Part shown: positions 47,021 to 55,615 of the stretch, piece after piece
Layout of the letters: each line of letters begins with the position of its first letter
How positions within the stretch are numbered: the first letter of the stretch is position 1
Origin: Patescibacteria group bacterium
GTDB taxonomy: Bacteria; Patescibacteriota; Patescibacteriia; Buchananbacterales; UBA6539
Direction of reading: 5' to 3'
Assembly (NCBI GenBank): GCA_041662625.1
Contig: JBAZSB010000001.1
Coordinates: 182,467 to 246,466, forward strand
DNA: 64,000 nucleotides
Made by a program: the position numbers and the translations under genes
The notes under the pieces: model-generated
Databases searched by the model: none
Told to the model about the DNA's origin: nothing
What the model saw: the letters and a program-made list of their open reading frames with translations, nothing else

Positions 47021-48139
47021 TTAGGCCTGGCATTTAATCTGCGAACTTTTGAGTTTTTCCCATTCAGCTTCAATTAAATCAATGATTTCCTTTTCAAATC
47101 TTTCAACCCCAAATTGTTCGGCATAATTTTTTATAGTGATTGGGTTGTAGTCTTCTGGCTTAAATCTTACGATAGTATCAGCTAATGCTTCCCAAGTTTG
47201 CTCGTCAAAAAATTTTCCAGTTTTTTTCTCAACTACGGTTTCACAAGCCCCCCCCGCCGCATAGGCAATCACCGGCCGCCCGGCAGCCATTGATTCTACA
47301 GCGGTCAGGCCAAAATCCTCAATTTGAGGATGAATGAAGGCAATGGCTTGGCTATAAAGTTGGTTTAGTTCTTTTTGGCTTATTTTACCTAAAAATTCAA
47401 TGTTAGTTTTGGCTAGCTCCTTTAGTTTTTTTTCTTCTGGTCCGGTGCCAAAAATTTTAAGCGGAATTCCCAAGCGGTTGAAAGCTTGGATGGTTAAATC
47501 AAATTTTTTATAAGCGACAAGGCGGCCGCCGGTTAAGAAATATTTACCAACTTTTTCGGCGATTTTAAATTGCCCGGTCTCAACCGGCGGATGAATAATA
47601 ATACTTTCCCGGCGGTAATACTTTTTAATGCGGTCAGAAACATTTTTTGAATTAGCAATAAAATAGTCAACTCGTTGGGCCGCTAATTGATCCCAACTTC
47701 TTAAGCGGGTTAAAATTGGCGGAATCAGTTTTTTGATTAGCCGATTGTATTTTAATTCTTCCAGATAGCGGTGAGTATCTGACCAGAGATAGCGGGTGGG
47801 GGTATGGCAATAGCAGAAATGTAATGTATTAGAGCGAGTAATTACCCCTTTGGCCATCGCCGAGCAGCTCGATAAAACAATATCATACTCCATTAAATCG
47901 TAACTTTCGGTTGCTGTCGGCATAACGGGTAAAAACCATTGATAATGTTTTAAGGCGCCCGGCCAATTCTGTAAAAAAGAAGTTTGAATATTTTTATCTT
48001 TAAAAATCTGGCCGAGTTTTGCCTGGTCATAAAGTAAGGTATAAGTTGGCGCTTCTGGCCAAATTTTTTGAAAAATTTGAAGCACTCTTTCCGCGCCGCC
48101 TTCTTGAATAAGATGATCGTGAATTAAGGCAATTTTCAT
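47021..48139 (-). CDS. Glycosyltransferase family 4
   Basis: EDFGLTAVESMAAGRPVIA motif. Confidence 0.8.
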   Translation of the reverse strand: MKIALIHDHLIQEGGAERVLQIFQKIWPEAPTYTLLYDQAKLGQIFKDKNIQTSFLQNWPGALKHYQWFLPVMPTATESYDLMEYDIVLSSCSAMAKGVITRSNTLHFCYCHTPTRYLWSDTHRYLEELKYNRLIKKLIPPILTRLRSWDQLAAQRVDYFIANSKNVSDRIKKYYRRESIIIHPPVETGQFKIAEKVGKYFLTGGRLVAYKKFDLTIQAFNRLGIPLKIFGTGPEEKKLKELAKTNIEFLGKISQKELNQLYSQAIAFIHPQIEDFGLTAVESMAAGRPVIAYAAGGACETVVEKKTGKFFDEQTWEALADTIVRFKPEDYNPITIKNYAEQFGVERFEKEIIDLIEAEWEKLKSSQIKCQA

Positions 48140-49539
48140 TCCGCTTTTCTCCTTTTTAATACTGCTAAAGGGGTTTTGAATAAAATTTGTAAATCTAAAC
48201 CTAAAGACCAGTTTTCAATATAAAAAGTATCTAATTTAATTTCTTCCTCAAAATTCAAATCAGACCGGCCGGAAATTTGAGCCAAGCCAGTAATGCCTGG
48301 TTTGATCGTTAGGACTTTTTTGTGATGGCGTTGGTACTTTTTGACTTCTTCGATTTCGTGAGGCCTTGGCCCGACTAAACTCATTTTACCAATTAAAACC
48401 AAAAATAACTCAGGTAGCTCATCGATACTGAAACGTCGGAGAAATTTCCCCACCCTAGTTACTCGTGGATCATTTTTGAATTTTATCATTGGTGAACCTT
48501 CCCTTAGATTTCTTTGCTTGGCCAAAAATTCGGGATCAAAGCGATAATGGTGAGCATCTTTGATCATTGAACGGAATTTAAAATAATTAAAAGGTTTGCC
48601 AAATTGGCCCATTCTTTTATAGCGGAAAAGTGTCGGTCCACTCGAATCTATTTTAATGGCTAAAGCGGTAATTAACATTATTGGACTAACTATAATAATT
48701 AAAATAATTGAACCAAAAATATCAAAAATTCTTTTATTAATTCGACCCCAGCCATCAAGCCGGGTTTTTTTTACTTCTACAATTGGCATGCCGGCATAGC
48801 TTGTCACCTCAATATTAGTTAACTGAGTTCCAAGTAAGTCGGCGGTGTATTTAAAATCCAAGTGATATTCGTTGATAAAGTTTATTAAATCAATTGTTTG
48901 TTCCGTATTGGCATTAGGATTAATCTCGATAATTTCATCAATAGCATTAGTTTCAGCCATTTGTTGGAGCTGACTAGCTGTTTGGTTATCAAAATTTAAA
49001 AATTGGGCCACTATTTTATAGCCTAAAGATTTGTGTTTGGTAAATTCTTCAGTCAGATCCTTGGCTACCTGGCTATTACCGATAATGGCAACCCGGTGAA
49101 CGCCAAAACCAAATTTGTAGGAAAATTTTTGACCCGTCCGAATAAAGATTCTTTCAATACTGACAAATATAATAGCCAAAAACCAGGTGGCTAAAATAAT
49201 AAACCGGGAATCAAATAAAAAGCGGGAAAATACCATCACCGCTAAAACTAAAGCCAATCCGGCCGAACAAGCCACAAAAATTCGTCCAAGTTCTTCCCGC
49301 AGTCTTTTAGTACCACCAATGGTATAAAGCCCGGCCAGGGCAAAAATTCCCAGCCAAAGCAAAGCAATTCCGACTACTAAGCTTATGTAGTTTTTAAAGG
49401 GTAAATCAAAAACGACCGGGCGGATATTTTGCACCATTGGTAAATAACGGATAGAATAAGCTCCTAGCGCGGCAAAAACCAAAGCCAGATAATCAAGTGG
49501 TGGTTTAACGGCAGTGAAAAGCAGCTCAGAACGTTTCAT
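48136..49539 (-). CDS. Polyprenyl-phosphate hexose-1-phosphate transferase (initiating phosphoglycosyl transferase, WbaP/bacterial sugar-transferase family)
   Basis: KRIFDIFGS...SGPTLFRYKRMGQFGKPF...RPGITGLAQISGR match the Bac_transf domain motifs. N-terminal TM helices. Confidence 0.8.
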   Translation of the reverse strand: MKRSELLFTAVKPPLDYLALVFAALGAYSIRYLPMVQNIRPVVFDLPFKNYISLVVGIALLWLGIFALAGLYTIGGTKRLREELGRIFVACSAGLALVLAVMVFSRFLFDSRFIILATWFLAIIFVSIERIFIRTGQKFSYKFGFGVHRVAIIGNSQVAKDLTEEFTKHKSLGYKIVAQFLNFDNQTASQLQQMAETNAIDEIIEINPNANTEQTIDLINFINEYHLDFKYTADLLGTQLTNIEVTSYAGMPIVEVKKTRLDGWGRINKRIFDIFGSIILIIIVSPIMLITALAIKIDSSGPTLFRYKRMGQFGKPFNYFKFRSMIKDAHHYRFDPEFLAKQRNLREGSPMIKFKNDPRVTRVGKFLRRFSIDELPELFLVLIGKMSLVGPRPHEIEEVKKYQRHHKKVLTIKPGITGLAQISGRSDLNFEEEIKLDTFYIENWSLGLDLQILFKTPLAVLKRRKAE

Positions 49540-49583
49540 CTCTTAGAATTTTTATAATAATATTTAAGTTTAATGCTTGAATT

Positions 49584-49612
49584 ATCATAACAAAAATTAG
49601 GCCAAAAATCAA
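49584..49612 (-). promoter_or_regulatory. Sigma-70 promoter for the glycan-biosynthesis operon, divergent from the rnpB promoter
   Basis: On the minus strand: TTGATT, 17-nt spacer, TATGAT. Confidence 0.45.
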
Positions 49613-49619
49613 CTCGATA

Positions 49620-49648
49620 TTGACAATATTTTGTTTTTATGCTAATCT
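49620..49648 (+). promoter_or_regulatory. Sigma-70 promoter of rnpB
   Basis: TTGACA, 17-nt spacer, TAATCT. It ends about 10 nt upstream of the predicted RNase P RNA 5' end. Confidence 0.55.
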
Positions 49649-49659
49649 ATACTTTGTCT

Positions 49660-50192
49660 GAGTAAACCAGATGGTCGCCCCCTACTTTCTATGTTTTATG
49701 GTTGTGTTATCAAGTTAGAATGTTTAGTAGCACTGATGTTCATGAAACATAGAAAGTGGGGGGAGGAAAGTCCGAACACCATAAAAATGGTAGTGGGTAA
49801 CACCCACCCTTTTACTGGTAACAGTAAAAGAGGACCAGTTCCACAGAGACTATACAAACCATTGCTTCGCGATGGAAGCACCAAATTAAAAATTTCAAAT
49901 TTCAAACAGCTTAAGTTTAGCATTTGGAACTTGTAATTTGATATTTGTAATTTCCACTGCGGAGCAGTGGTCAAACGTGAAAAGTGTGGTGGTGTAATAT
50001 GCTGAATACGGGATATCCCTTCAGCGTAATGCTTCGCCACTCGGCTCCTGGTGACAGGATGCTTGTGGTAAACTCTACCTGGTGCAATGCCAAATTAGGT
50101 AGGCAGCTTGAGTCTAATGGCAACATTAGACCTAGATAGATGATCATCCTCGGTGCAAACCGGGACAGAATTCGGCTTATAGGTTTATTTGG
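49660..50192 (+). ncRNA. rnpB: RNase P RNA (bacterial type A) with large insertions
   Basis: P4 motif GGAGGAAAGTCCGAACACC. GGGTAACACCCACC. CCAGTTCCACAGAGAC...AAACC. The 3' block GCTTGAGTCTAATGGC...CCTAGATAGATGATCATCCTCGGTGCAAACCGGGACAGAATTCGGCTTATAGG is collinear with the E. coli M1 RNA 3' region. P1 pairs GTAAACC with GGTTTAT. Terminator at 50204-50227. Confidence 0.8.
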
Positions 50193-50248
50193 ACAATAAA
50201 AAATACCTCTGAACGAGGCATTTTTTAGTTAACTAGCTGCAGCCAGTT

Positions 50249-50647
50249 TTAGGATGTCTCATCAATTGCTTGATTGACTAGCTTGTCCGCTAGCTTATTA
50301 TCTGTTCGGTAAATGTGAATATATTTTACTTTTTTAAAACCCATAGCTAAATTCCAGACTTTAACAAATAAACTGCCCAAGTCCTGATTTTTGACTTTAT
50401 ATTTTCCGGATAATTGCTGCTGGACTAATTCGCTGTCTAGAAAAACGTCAACTTCTTGTGCCCCTAATTCTTTGGCCTTTTCCAGACCTAAAATTACCGC
50501 CTGGTATTCAGCTTGGTTGTTGGTAGCTTTGCCGATATACTTTTTGAAAGTCAGCTGTTTATCGTCATATTTTAAAACCACGCCGATTCCGGCTGGCCCG
50601 GGATTGCCTCTTGCTCCTCCATCTGTATATAGTGTTACTTTTTCCAT
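50249..50647 (-). CDS. rnhA: Ribonuclease HI
   Basis: YTDGGARGNPGPAGIG...NNQAEYQAVILGL...D-x-E/D catalytic pattern. 132 aa. Confidence 0.8.
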   Translation of the reverse strand: MEKVTLYTDGGARGNPGPAGIGVVLKYDDKQLTFKKYIGKATNNQAEYQAVILGLEKAKELGAQEVDVFLDSELVQQQLSGKYKVKNQDLGSLFVKVWNLAMGFKKVKYIHIYRTDNKLADKLVNQAIDETS

Positions 50648-50674
50648 TTAATAATTATAGCAAAAATTTCAAGA

Positions 50675-50702
50675 TAAAAAAAGCCGTTAGCGAGCTAACG
50701 GC
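50675..50702 (-). terminator. Rho-independent terminator
   Basis: gccgttagc-ga-gctaacggc followed on the minus strand by TTTTTTT. Confidence 0.55.
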
Positions 50703-50927
50703 GAACGACTGCTCCATCGACCCCATTGGGATACCACATATCCATAAGGCGATCAAACACCCACCTTACACGAAAAGAACGTGGATAATACCAACCTAAA
50801 CTGCGTTCAGCAGCATCCGCCGCCGAAGAACTCGTAGCCGATTCTCTAGGCCTTATCGATGACACACTACGTTGTCCCTTAGACTTGGACATAACATCCT
50901 CCTTACTGGCTAAGCCACGAATCCACA

Positions 50928-51045
50928 ATTTTGAATCACAATTCTCTGTTACCATTCCATATCAACCTTATCCCCTTCTTTTAGTTTTGTCAATCAGTTT
51001 TCACACCAAGAGTCAAAACAAAAACCAATGATTTTTTTGGTTGCT
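50928..51045 (-). pseudogene. Degraded duplicate of the recJ 3' coding end
   Basis: CAATTCTCTGTTACCATTCCAT...TTATCCCCTTCTTTTAG...CACACCAA...AAACAAAAACCAATGATTTTT aligns, with deletions, to recJ 51224-51350 (CAATTCTCTGTTTCCATTCCATTCATTGAC...). Confidence 0.5.
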
Positions 51046-51201
51046 AGCGTATTTTAGAACGACGACAATGCCAGTCGGCGCGCACCGCCGTCGGTTTGGA
51101 TTGTGACTTTATTTATCATAGTAAAACTTTTTATTAAAACACTAAAACATTAAAACAAAATTTAAGATGAGATTGTTTTCATGTTTTTGTGCTTTAATGT
51201 T

Positions 51202-52917
51202 TTAATGAATTTTCAAATCCACTATCTTCAACTGCAATTCTCTGTTTCCATTCCATTCATTGACATCAACTTCAAAAACCATATCAACTTTATCCCCTGT
51301 CTTTAGCTTAGCACACCAATCGCCGAAGCAGAAACCAATAGTTTTACGGATTATTGGCGTTGTGTGTTTTACCATTAAGCGCATATGCTTTCGATCTTGG
51401 CCCACAGTTTGGGCTTCAACCACCGTTAAATCAGAAGCTAAAAATATGGGTTTAGGGTTGCCTTCGCCATAAGGAATGAATTTTTCTAATTCATCAAATA
51501 ATTCCCAATTAACGTCTTCTAATTTTATCGTCAGATCTACTTTAAGTAGAGGGGTAATATCTTTTCCGGTCAATTCCGCTTTAGCCAATTCATTCATTTT
51601 GGCGATAAATTCTTCTAAACTTTCCTCATTTTTAATGGTAAAGCCGCAAGCTTGGGCATGACCGCCATAACGACTTAAGTATTTATTAGCTTTTTCAATC
51701 GCTTCAATAATATTAAATTCCGGAATGCTGCGGCCAGAGCCAATTATTTCGCCGTTATACTTGCTGATGACCAAACTGGGCCGGTGAAATTCATCAGTGA
51801 TACGACCGGCAACTAAACCAACAATTCCGGTCGGCCAATTTTGTCCAACAACTATTATTATTTTTTGTTCTTTGACCTCCCCGATCAAAGTTTTAGCTTC
51901 CCCGTTAATCTTCTCAGTTAGTTGCTGGCGCTCAATATTAGTTTGGTTAAGCTCTTTGGCTAATCTCTCGGCTTCTTTAAGATCGTCGATAATTAAAAGC
52001 TGATAAGCCGAACTAGCATGGTTGAGTCGGCCCGCCGCATTAAGCCGGGGGGCGATTTGCCAGCCGACTACCCTTTCATCGACTTGAGTCAAATTGCTGC
52101 TCATTAATTCAATCAATTTCAATAATCCTAATCTTTTAGTTTTTTGGAGGACAATTAAACCGTATTTGACTAAGACTCGATTTTCTCCCAGGATTGGCTG
52201 AAGATCAGCGATGGTGCCAATAGCCACTAAATCTAAAAGCCATTTTTCAAAACCTTCTTCCAACTGGTTAACTTTGAAATCTTTATGTTTTTGGATAATG
52301 GCTTGGGCGATTTTGAAAGCAACGCCTACCCCGGTTAAACCTTTAAACGGATATTTTTCTTTTTCTAAATTGGGATTAATGACCGCTAAGGCAGTTGGAA
52401 TTTCTAAAGGTTCATGATGATGGTCCGTTACAATCACGTCAACGCCTTTTTGATTTAATAAATCAATTTCTTTTTTGTTGGAGATGCCACAGTCAACAGT
52501 AATTAATAATTTTGTTCCCTTCCTAGCTAATTCTGTGGTTGCTTCTTCATTCAGACCATAGCCTTCGGTTTCCCGAAAAGGAATATAAATGTCAGCTTCA
52601 TTGCCCAGATTTTTTAAAAGTTCAACCATCAAGGCGCAGGCGGTTACGCCGTCAGCGTCATAATCACCATAAACAACAATTTTTTCTTTATTTTCCACCG
52701 CCAGCAAAATTCTTTCGACGGCTTTAGTCATTTCAGAAAATAAAAAAGGATCATGGAGATTTTCACCATAATCAGGATTTAAAAACTCATCGATTTTTTG
52801 TTGTGAATCAACACCCCGATTAAATAACAGCTGTAAAACAATCGGATTAATTTCGGGGAAATGGTCAAAATCCAACTTTGTTAGCGCTGGTCTTACCTCC
52901 CATTTTTTTTCAGGCAT
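51202..52917 (-). CDS. recJ: Single-stranded-DNA-specific exonuclease RecJ
   Basis: DHH motifs VVYGDYDADGVTA, ITVDCG and DVIVTDHH. DHHA1 domain. 571 aa. Confidence 0.85.
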   Translation of the reverse strand: MPEKKWEVRPALTKLDFDHFPEINPIVLQLLFNRGVDSQQKIDEFLNPDYGENLHDPFLFSEMTKAVERILLAVENKEKIVVYGDYDADGVTACALMVELLKNLGNEADIYIPFRETEGYGLNEEATTELARKGTKLLITVDCGISNKKEIDLLNQKGVDVIVTDHHHEPLEIPTALAVINPNLEKEKYPFKGLTGVGVAFKIAQAIIQKHKDFKVNQLEEGFEKWLLDLVAIGTIADLQPILGENRVLVKYGLIVLQKTKRLGLLKLIELMSSNLTQVDERVVGWQIAPRLNAAGRLNHASSAYQLLIIDDLKEAERLAKELNQTNIERQQLTEKINGEAKTLIGEVKEQKIIIVVGQNWPTGIVGLVAGRITDEFHRPSLVISKYNGEIIGSGRSIPEFNIIEAIEKANKYLSRYGGHAQACGFTIKNEESLEEFIAKMNELAKAELTGKDITPLLKVDLTIKLEDVNWELFDELEKFIPYGEGNPKPIFLASDLTVVEAQTVGQDRKHMRLMVKHTTPIIRKTIGFCFGDWCAKLKTGDKVDMVFEVDVNEWNGNRELQLKIVDLKIH

Positions 52918-53068
52918 ATTCTAACTTAATAGTTCTTTCTCCTCCCAAAATTAGATACAGGATATTATTGTAACATTTTTCTGGTAAATGAGCAAAAAAA
53001 TGTCCAATTTCCCAAAAAATCAGAAAGATGTTAAACTATATTTAAATCTAAATCTTATTACATTTTTA

Positions 53069-53173
53069 TGGCTAAAAAACAAAAAAAATGGAAAAAGTTG
53101 GTTTGGCTATTCTTAGCCATTGCCACCATAATTTCGATGGTTATTTGGACCGTTGGGCCAATGTTTTATTAAC
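53069..53173 (+). CDS. Possible 34-aa small membrane peptide
   Basis: MAKKQKKWKKLVWLFLAIATIISMVIWTVGPMFY. It lies in the intergenic region upstream of the CBS-domain gene. ORF only. Confidence 0.2.
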
Positions 53174-53187
53174 TGTCATCTATTTTT

Positions 53188-53643
53188 ATGCAAATTAAGC
53201 AAGTAATGTATAAAAAAGTTCATACTATTTTGCCTAGTGCGGATTTAAAAACGGCAATGAAATTAATGATCAAAAAAAAGATCAGTGGTTTAGTGGTGGT
53301 TGATAAAGACAAAAATCTCTTGGGAATTCTTTCAGAAAAAGATATTTACCGCTCCTTTTATCCTTCTTATAGTGATTTTTATAGTAACCCCGAATCATTT
53401 ACTGATTTTGAAAGCCAGGAGCAAGATATTAAAAATAAATTGTTAAATCAAGTCCAGTCAGTGATGACTACTCCTGCTATTTCGGTTAAACCGACTGAGC
53501 AGGTAATGAAAATCGGTGCCATCATGCTGGCCAAAAATATCCACCGTATTCCTGTTGTTGATGAGAAAGAAAGATTGGTTGGGGTGGTAACGCGGGGCTG
53601 TATTTATAAAACTTTATTTAAAAAGTATTTGAAACTGAAATAA
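53188..53643 (+). CDS. CBS-domain pair protein
   Basis: Two CBS repeats (VHTILPSADLKTAMKLM...GLVVVD and VMTTPAISVKP...HRIPVVD). Terminator at 53672-53700. Confidence 0.75.
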   Translation: MQIKQVMYKKVHTILPSADLKTAMKLMIKKKISGLVVVDKDKNLLGILSEKDIYRSFYPSYSDFYSNPESFTDFESQEQDIKNKLLNQVQSVMTTPAISVKPTEQVMKIGAIMLAKNIHRIPVVDEKERLVGVVTRGCIYKTLFKKYLKLK

Positions 53644-53719
53644 ATCGTTCGCTTTTACTGGATATTTTTAAAATAACCCCAAAGGCAGGGTTATTTTTTG
53701 TATAATTTTAATACTACTT

Positions 53720-55495
53720 TTATTTTCTCAAAACTGCTAAAAAGGCTTCAGGGGGAATATCGACTTTACCGTGGCCGTGTTCCATCATTTTCTTTTTACC
53801 TTTTTTCTGCTTTTCTAGTAGTTTTCTTTTGCGGGTATAATCCCCGCCATAAAGTTTAGCTGTGACATCTTTGCGGAAAGCTGAAAGTCTTTCGGCAGCA
53901 ATCACTTTACCGCCGACTGCGGCTTGGATTTTAACAGCAAACATTTGTTTTGGTAAATTTTTTTTCAAAGACTCGACAATTTTTCGGCCAGCATAATATG
54001 CTTCATCTTTATAGACTAATGAGCCGAGGGCTTCAACTTTTTCTTCGGCGACCAAGATATCCAGTCGAATAATTTCAGTTGATTGGTAGCTAAAAAAATC
54101 ATAATTTAAAGAAGCATAACCAGAGGAAGCGCTTTTCAATTTATCATAAAAGTCAACCAGTAATGCCGTCAAAGGCATATGATAATGTAAAACAGCAATA
54201 TTTTCGTCTAGGTATTCCGTATTTAAATAAATACCTCTTTTACCTGACGCCAATTGCATTAAAGGCCCCAAATATTCCTTTGGGGAAAAAATATCAACTA
54301 GCATGATTGGTTCCAGAATTTTATCAATTGTTTCCTGATTAGGCAGCTCTTCCGGGCTATGAATCACTATTTCTTTGCCGTTTTTCAGTTTGATTTGATA
54401 AGCAACACTGGGGACAGTGACCACTAAATCTAAGTCGTATTCCCTTTTTAATCTTTCCTGGACTACTTCCAGATGCAAAAGACCCAAAAATCCACAGCGA
54501 AAACCAAAACCTAAAGCCGCTGAATTCTCCGGGTCATAACTTAAAGCCGCATCATTAAGCTTTAATTTTTCAATTGCTTCGCGCAAGCGTGGATATTGGT
54601 CCCCCACCTTACAAAAAAGGCCGGCAAAAACCATTGGTTTAACTTCTTTATAGCCTGGTAAAGGCTCAATTTTAGCCCCCTCTAAAGTAATCGTATCACC
54701 CACGCGGCAGTACTTTATTTCTTTTAGGCCGGTGACAATATAGCCAATTTCGCCTGACTGTAAATTAGCAGTTTTTTTTAATTTGGGGTTAAAATAGCCG
54801 ACTTCCAAGACTTCTGTAGTTTTAGTCGTTGATAAAAAATTAATTTTATCACCAGCTTTGACTTCGCCATCAACTACCCGAACTTCGGCAATAATACCGC
54901 GGTATTCGTCAAATTTTGAGTCAAAGATAAGCGCTCTGAGTGGTTTATGCTGACTTTGTTTGGGTGGGTTTACTCTAGCAATTACCGCTTGAATAACCTC
55001 TTCTACTCCTTGGCCGGTTTTGGCAGAAACTAGCAAGATTTCTTGGGATTGGCAACTCAGTAACTGACAAATTTCATGCTTGACCTTTTCGACTTCAGCA
55101 TTAGGTAAATCAATTTTATTAATGACTGGGATAATGGACAAGTCTTGTTCTAAAGCTAAATAAAGGTTGGCTACGGTTTGGGCTTGAACTCCTTGAGTGG
55201 CATCAACCAAAAGGATTGCGCCTTCAACTGCCGCCAGACTGCGAGAAACTTCATAACTGAAATCAACATGGCCGGGGGTGTCAATTAGATTCAATTCATA
55301 ATTTTTCCAGCTCATTCTTACCGGCTGTAATTTGATGGTAATTCCCCTTTCTCTTTCAATATCCATTTGATCCAAAATTTGCTCCTTCATTTCTCGTTTA
55401 GAAACAGTACCAGTTAATTCTAAAAGACGATCGGCCAAAGTTGATTTACCATGGTCAATATGAGCGATAATACAGAAATTACGAACGTTTTGCAT
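53720..55495 (-). CDS. lepA: Elongation factor 4 (LepA)
   Basis: G-domain motifs AHIDHGKST and DTPGHVDF. LepA-specific C-terminal domain. 591 aa. Confidence 0.9.
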   Translation of the reverse strand: MQNVRNFCIIAHIDHGKSTLADRLLELTGTVSKREMKEQILDQMDIERERGITIKLQPVRMSWKNYELNLIDTPGHVDFSYEVSRSLAAVEGAILLVDATQGVQAQTVANLYLALEQDLSIIPVINKIDLPNAEVEKVKHEICQLLSCQSQEILLVSAKTGQGVEEVIQAVIARVNPPKQSQHKPLRALIFDSKFDEYRGIIAEVRVVDGEVKAGDKINFLSTTKTTEVLEVGYFNPKLKKTANLQSGEIGYIVTGLKEIKYCRVGDTITLEGAKIEPLPGYKEVKPMVFAGLFCKVGDQYPRLREAIEKLKLNDAALSYDPENSAALGFGFRCGFLGLLHLEVVQERLKREYDLDLVVTVPSVAYQIKLKNGKEIVIHSPEELPNQETIDKILEPIMLVDIFSPKEYLGPLMQLASGKRGIYLNTEYLDENIAVLHYHMPLTALLVDFYDKLKSASSGYASLNYDFFSYQSTEIIRLDILVAEEKVEALGSLVYKDEAYYAGRKIVESLKKNLPKQMFAVKIQAAVGGKVIAAERLSAFRKDVTAKLYGGDYTRKRKLLEKQKKGKKKMMEHGHGKVDIPPEAFLAVLRK

Positions 55496-55544
55496 AGATA
55501 AAGATTAGGGTAAAACTTGAATTTTTGCAAGGAAACAAAAAATC

Positions 55545-55612
55545 AGGAATTATGAATTATGGATCGTGAATTAGGATTTGCCAGATTATTCATAATTCCT
55601 GATTCCTAATTC
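55545..55612 (-). terminator. Long inverted-repeat terminator after murJ
   Basis: 17-bp perfect inverted repeat AATCAGGAATTATGAAT/ATTCATAATTCCTGATT with a loop of about 30 nt, followed on the minus strand by a TTTTGTTT tract. Confidence 0.4.
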
Positions 55613-55615
55613 TAT

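Noticed and set aside
49691-50040. Track ORFs 49691-49936 (+) and 49696-50040 (-) as protein genes
   Set aside because: The region shows clear collinear similarity to RNase P RNA: the P4 GGAAAGUCCG block and the 3' GCUUGAG...CCGGGACAGAAUUCGGCUUAU block. The ORFs are by-products of that RNA gene.
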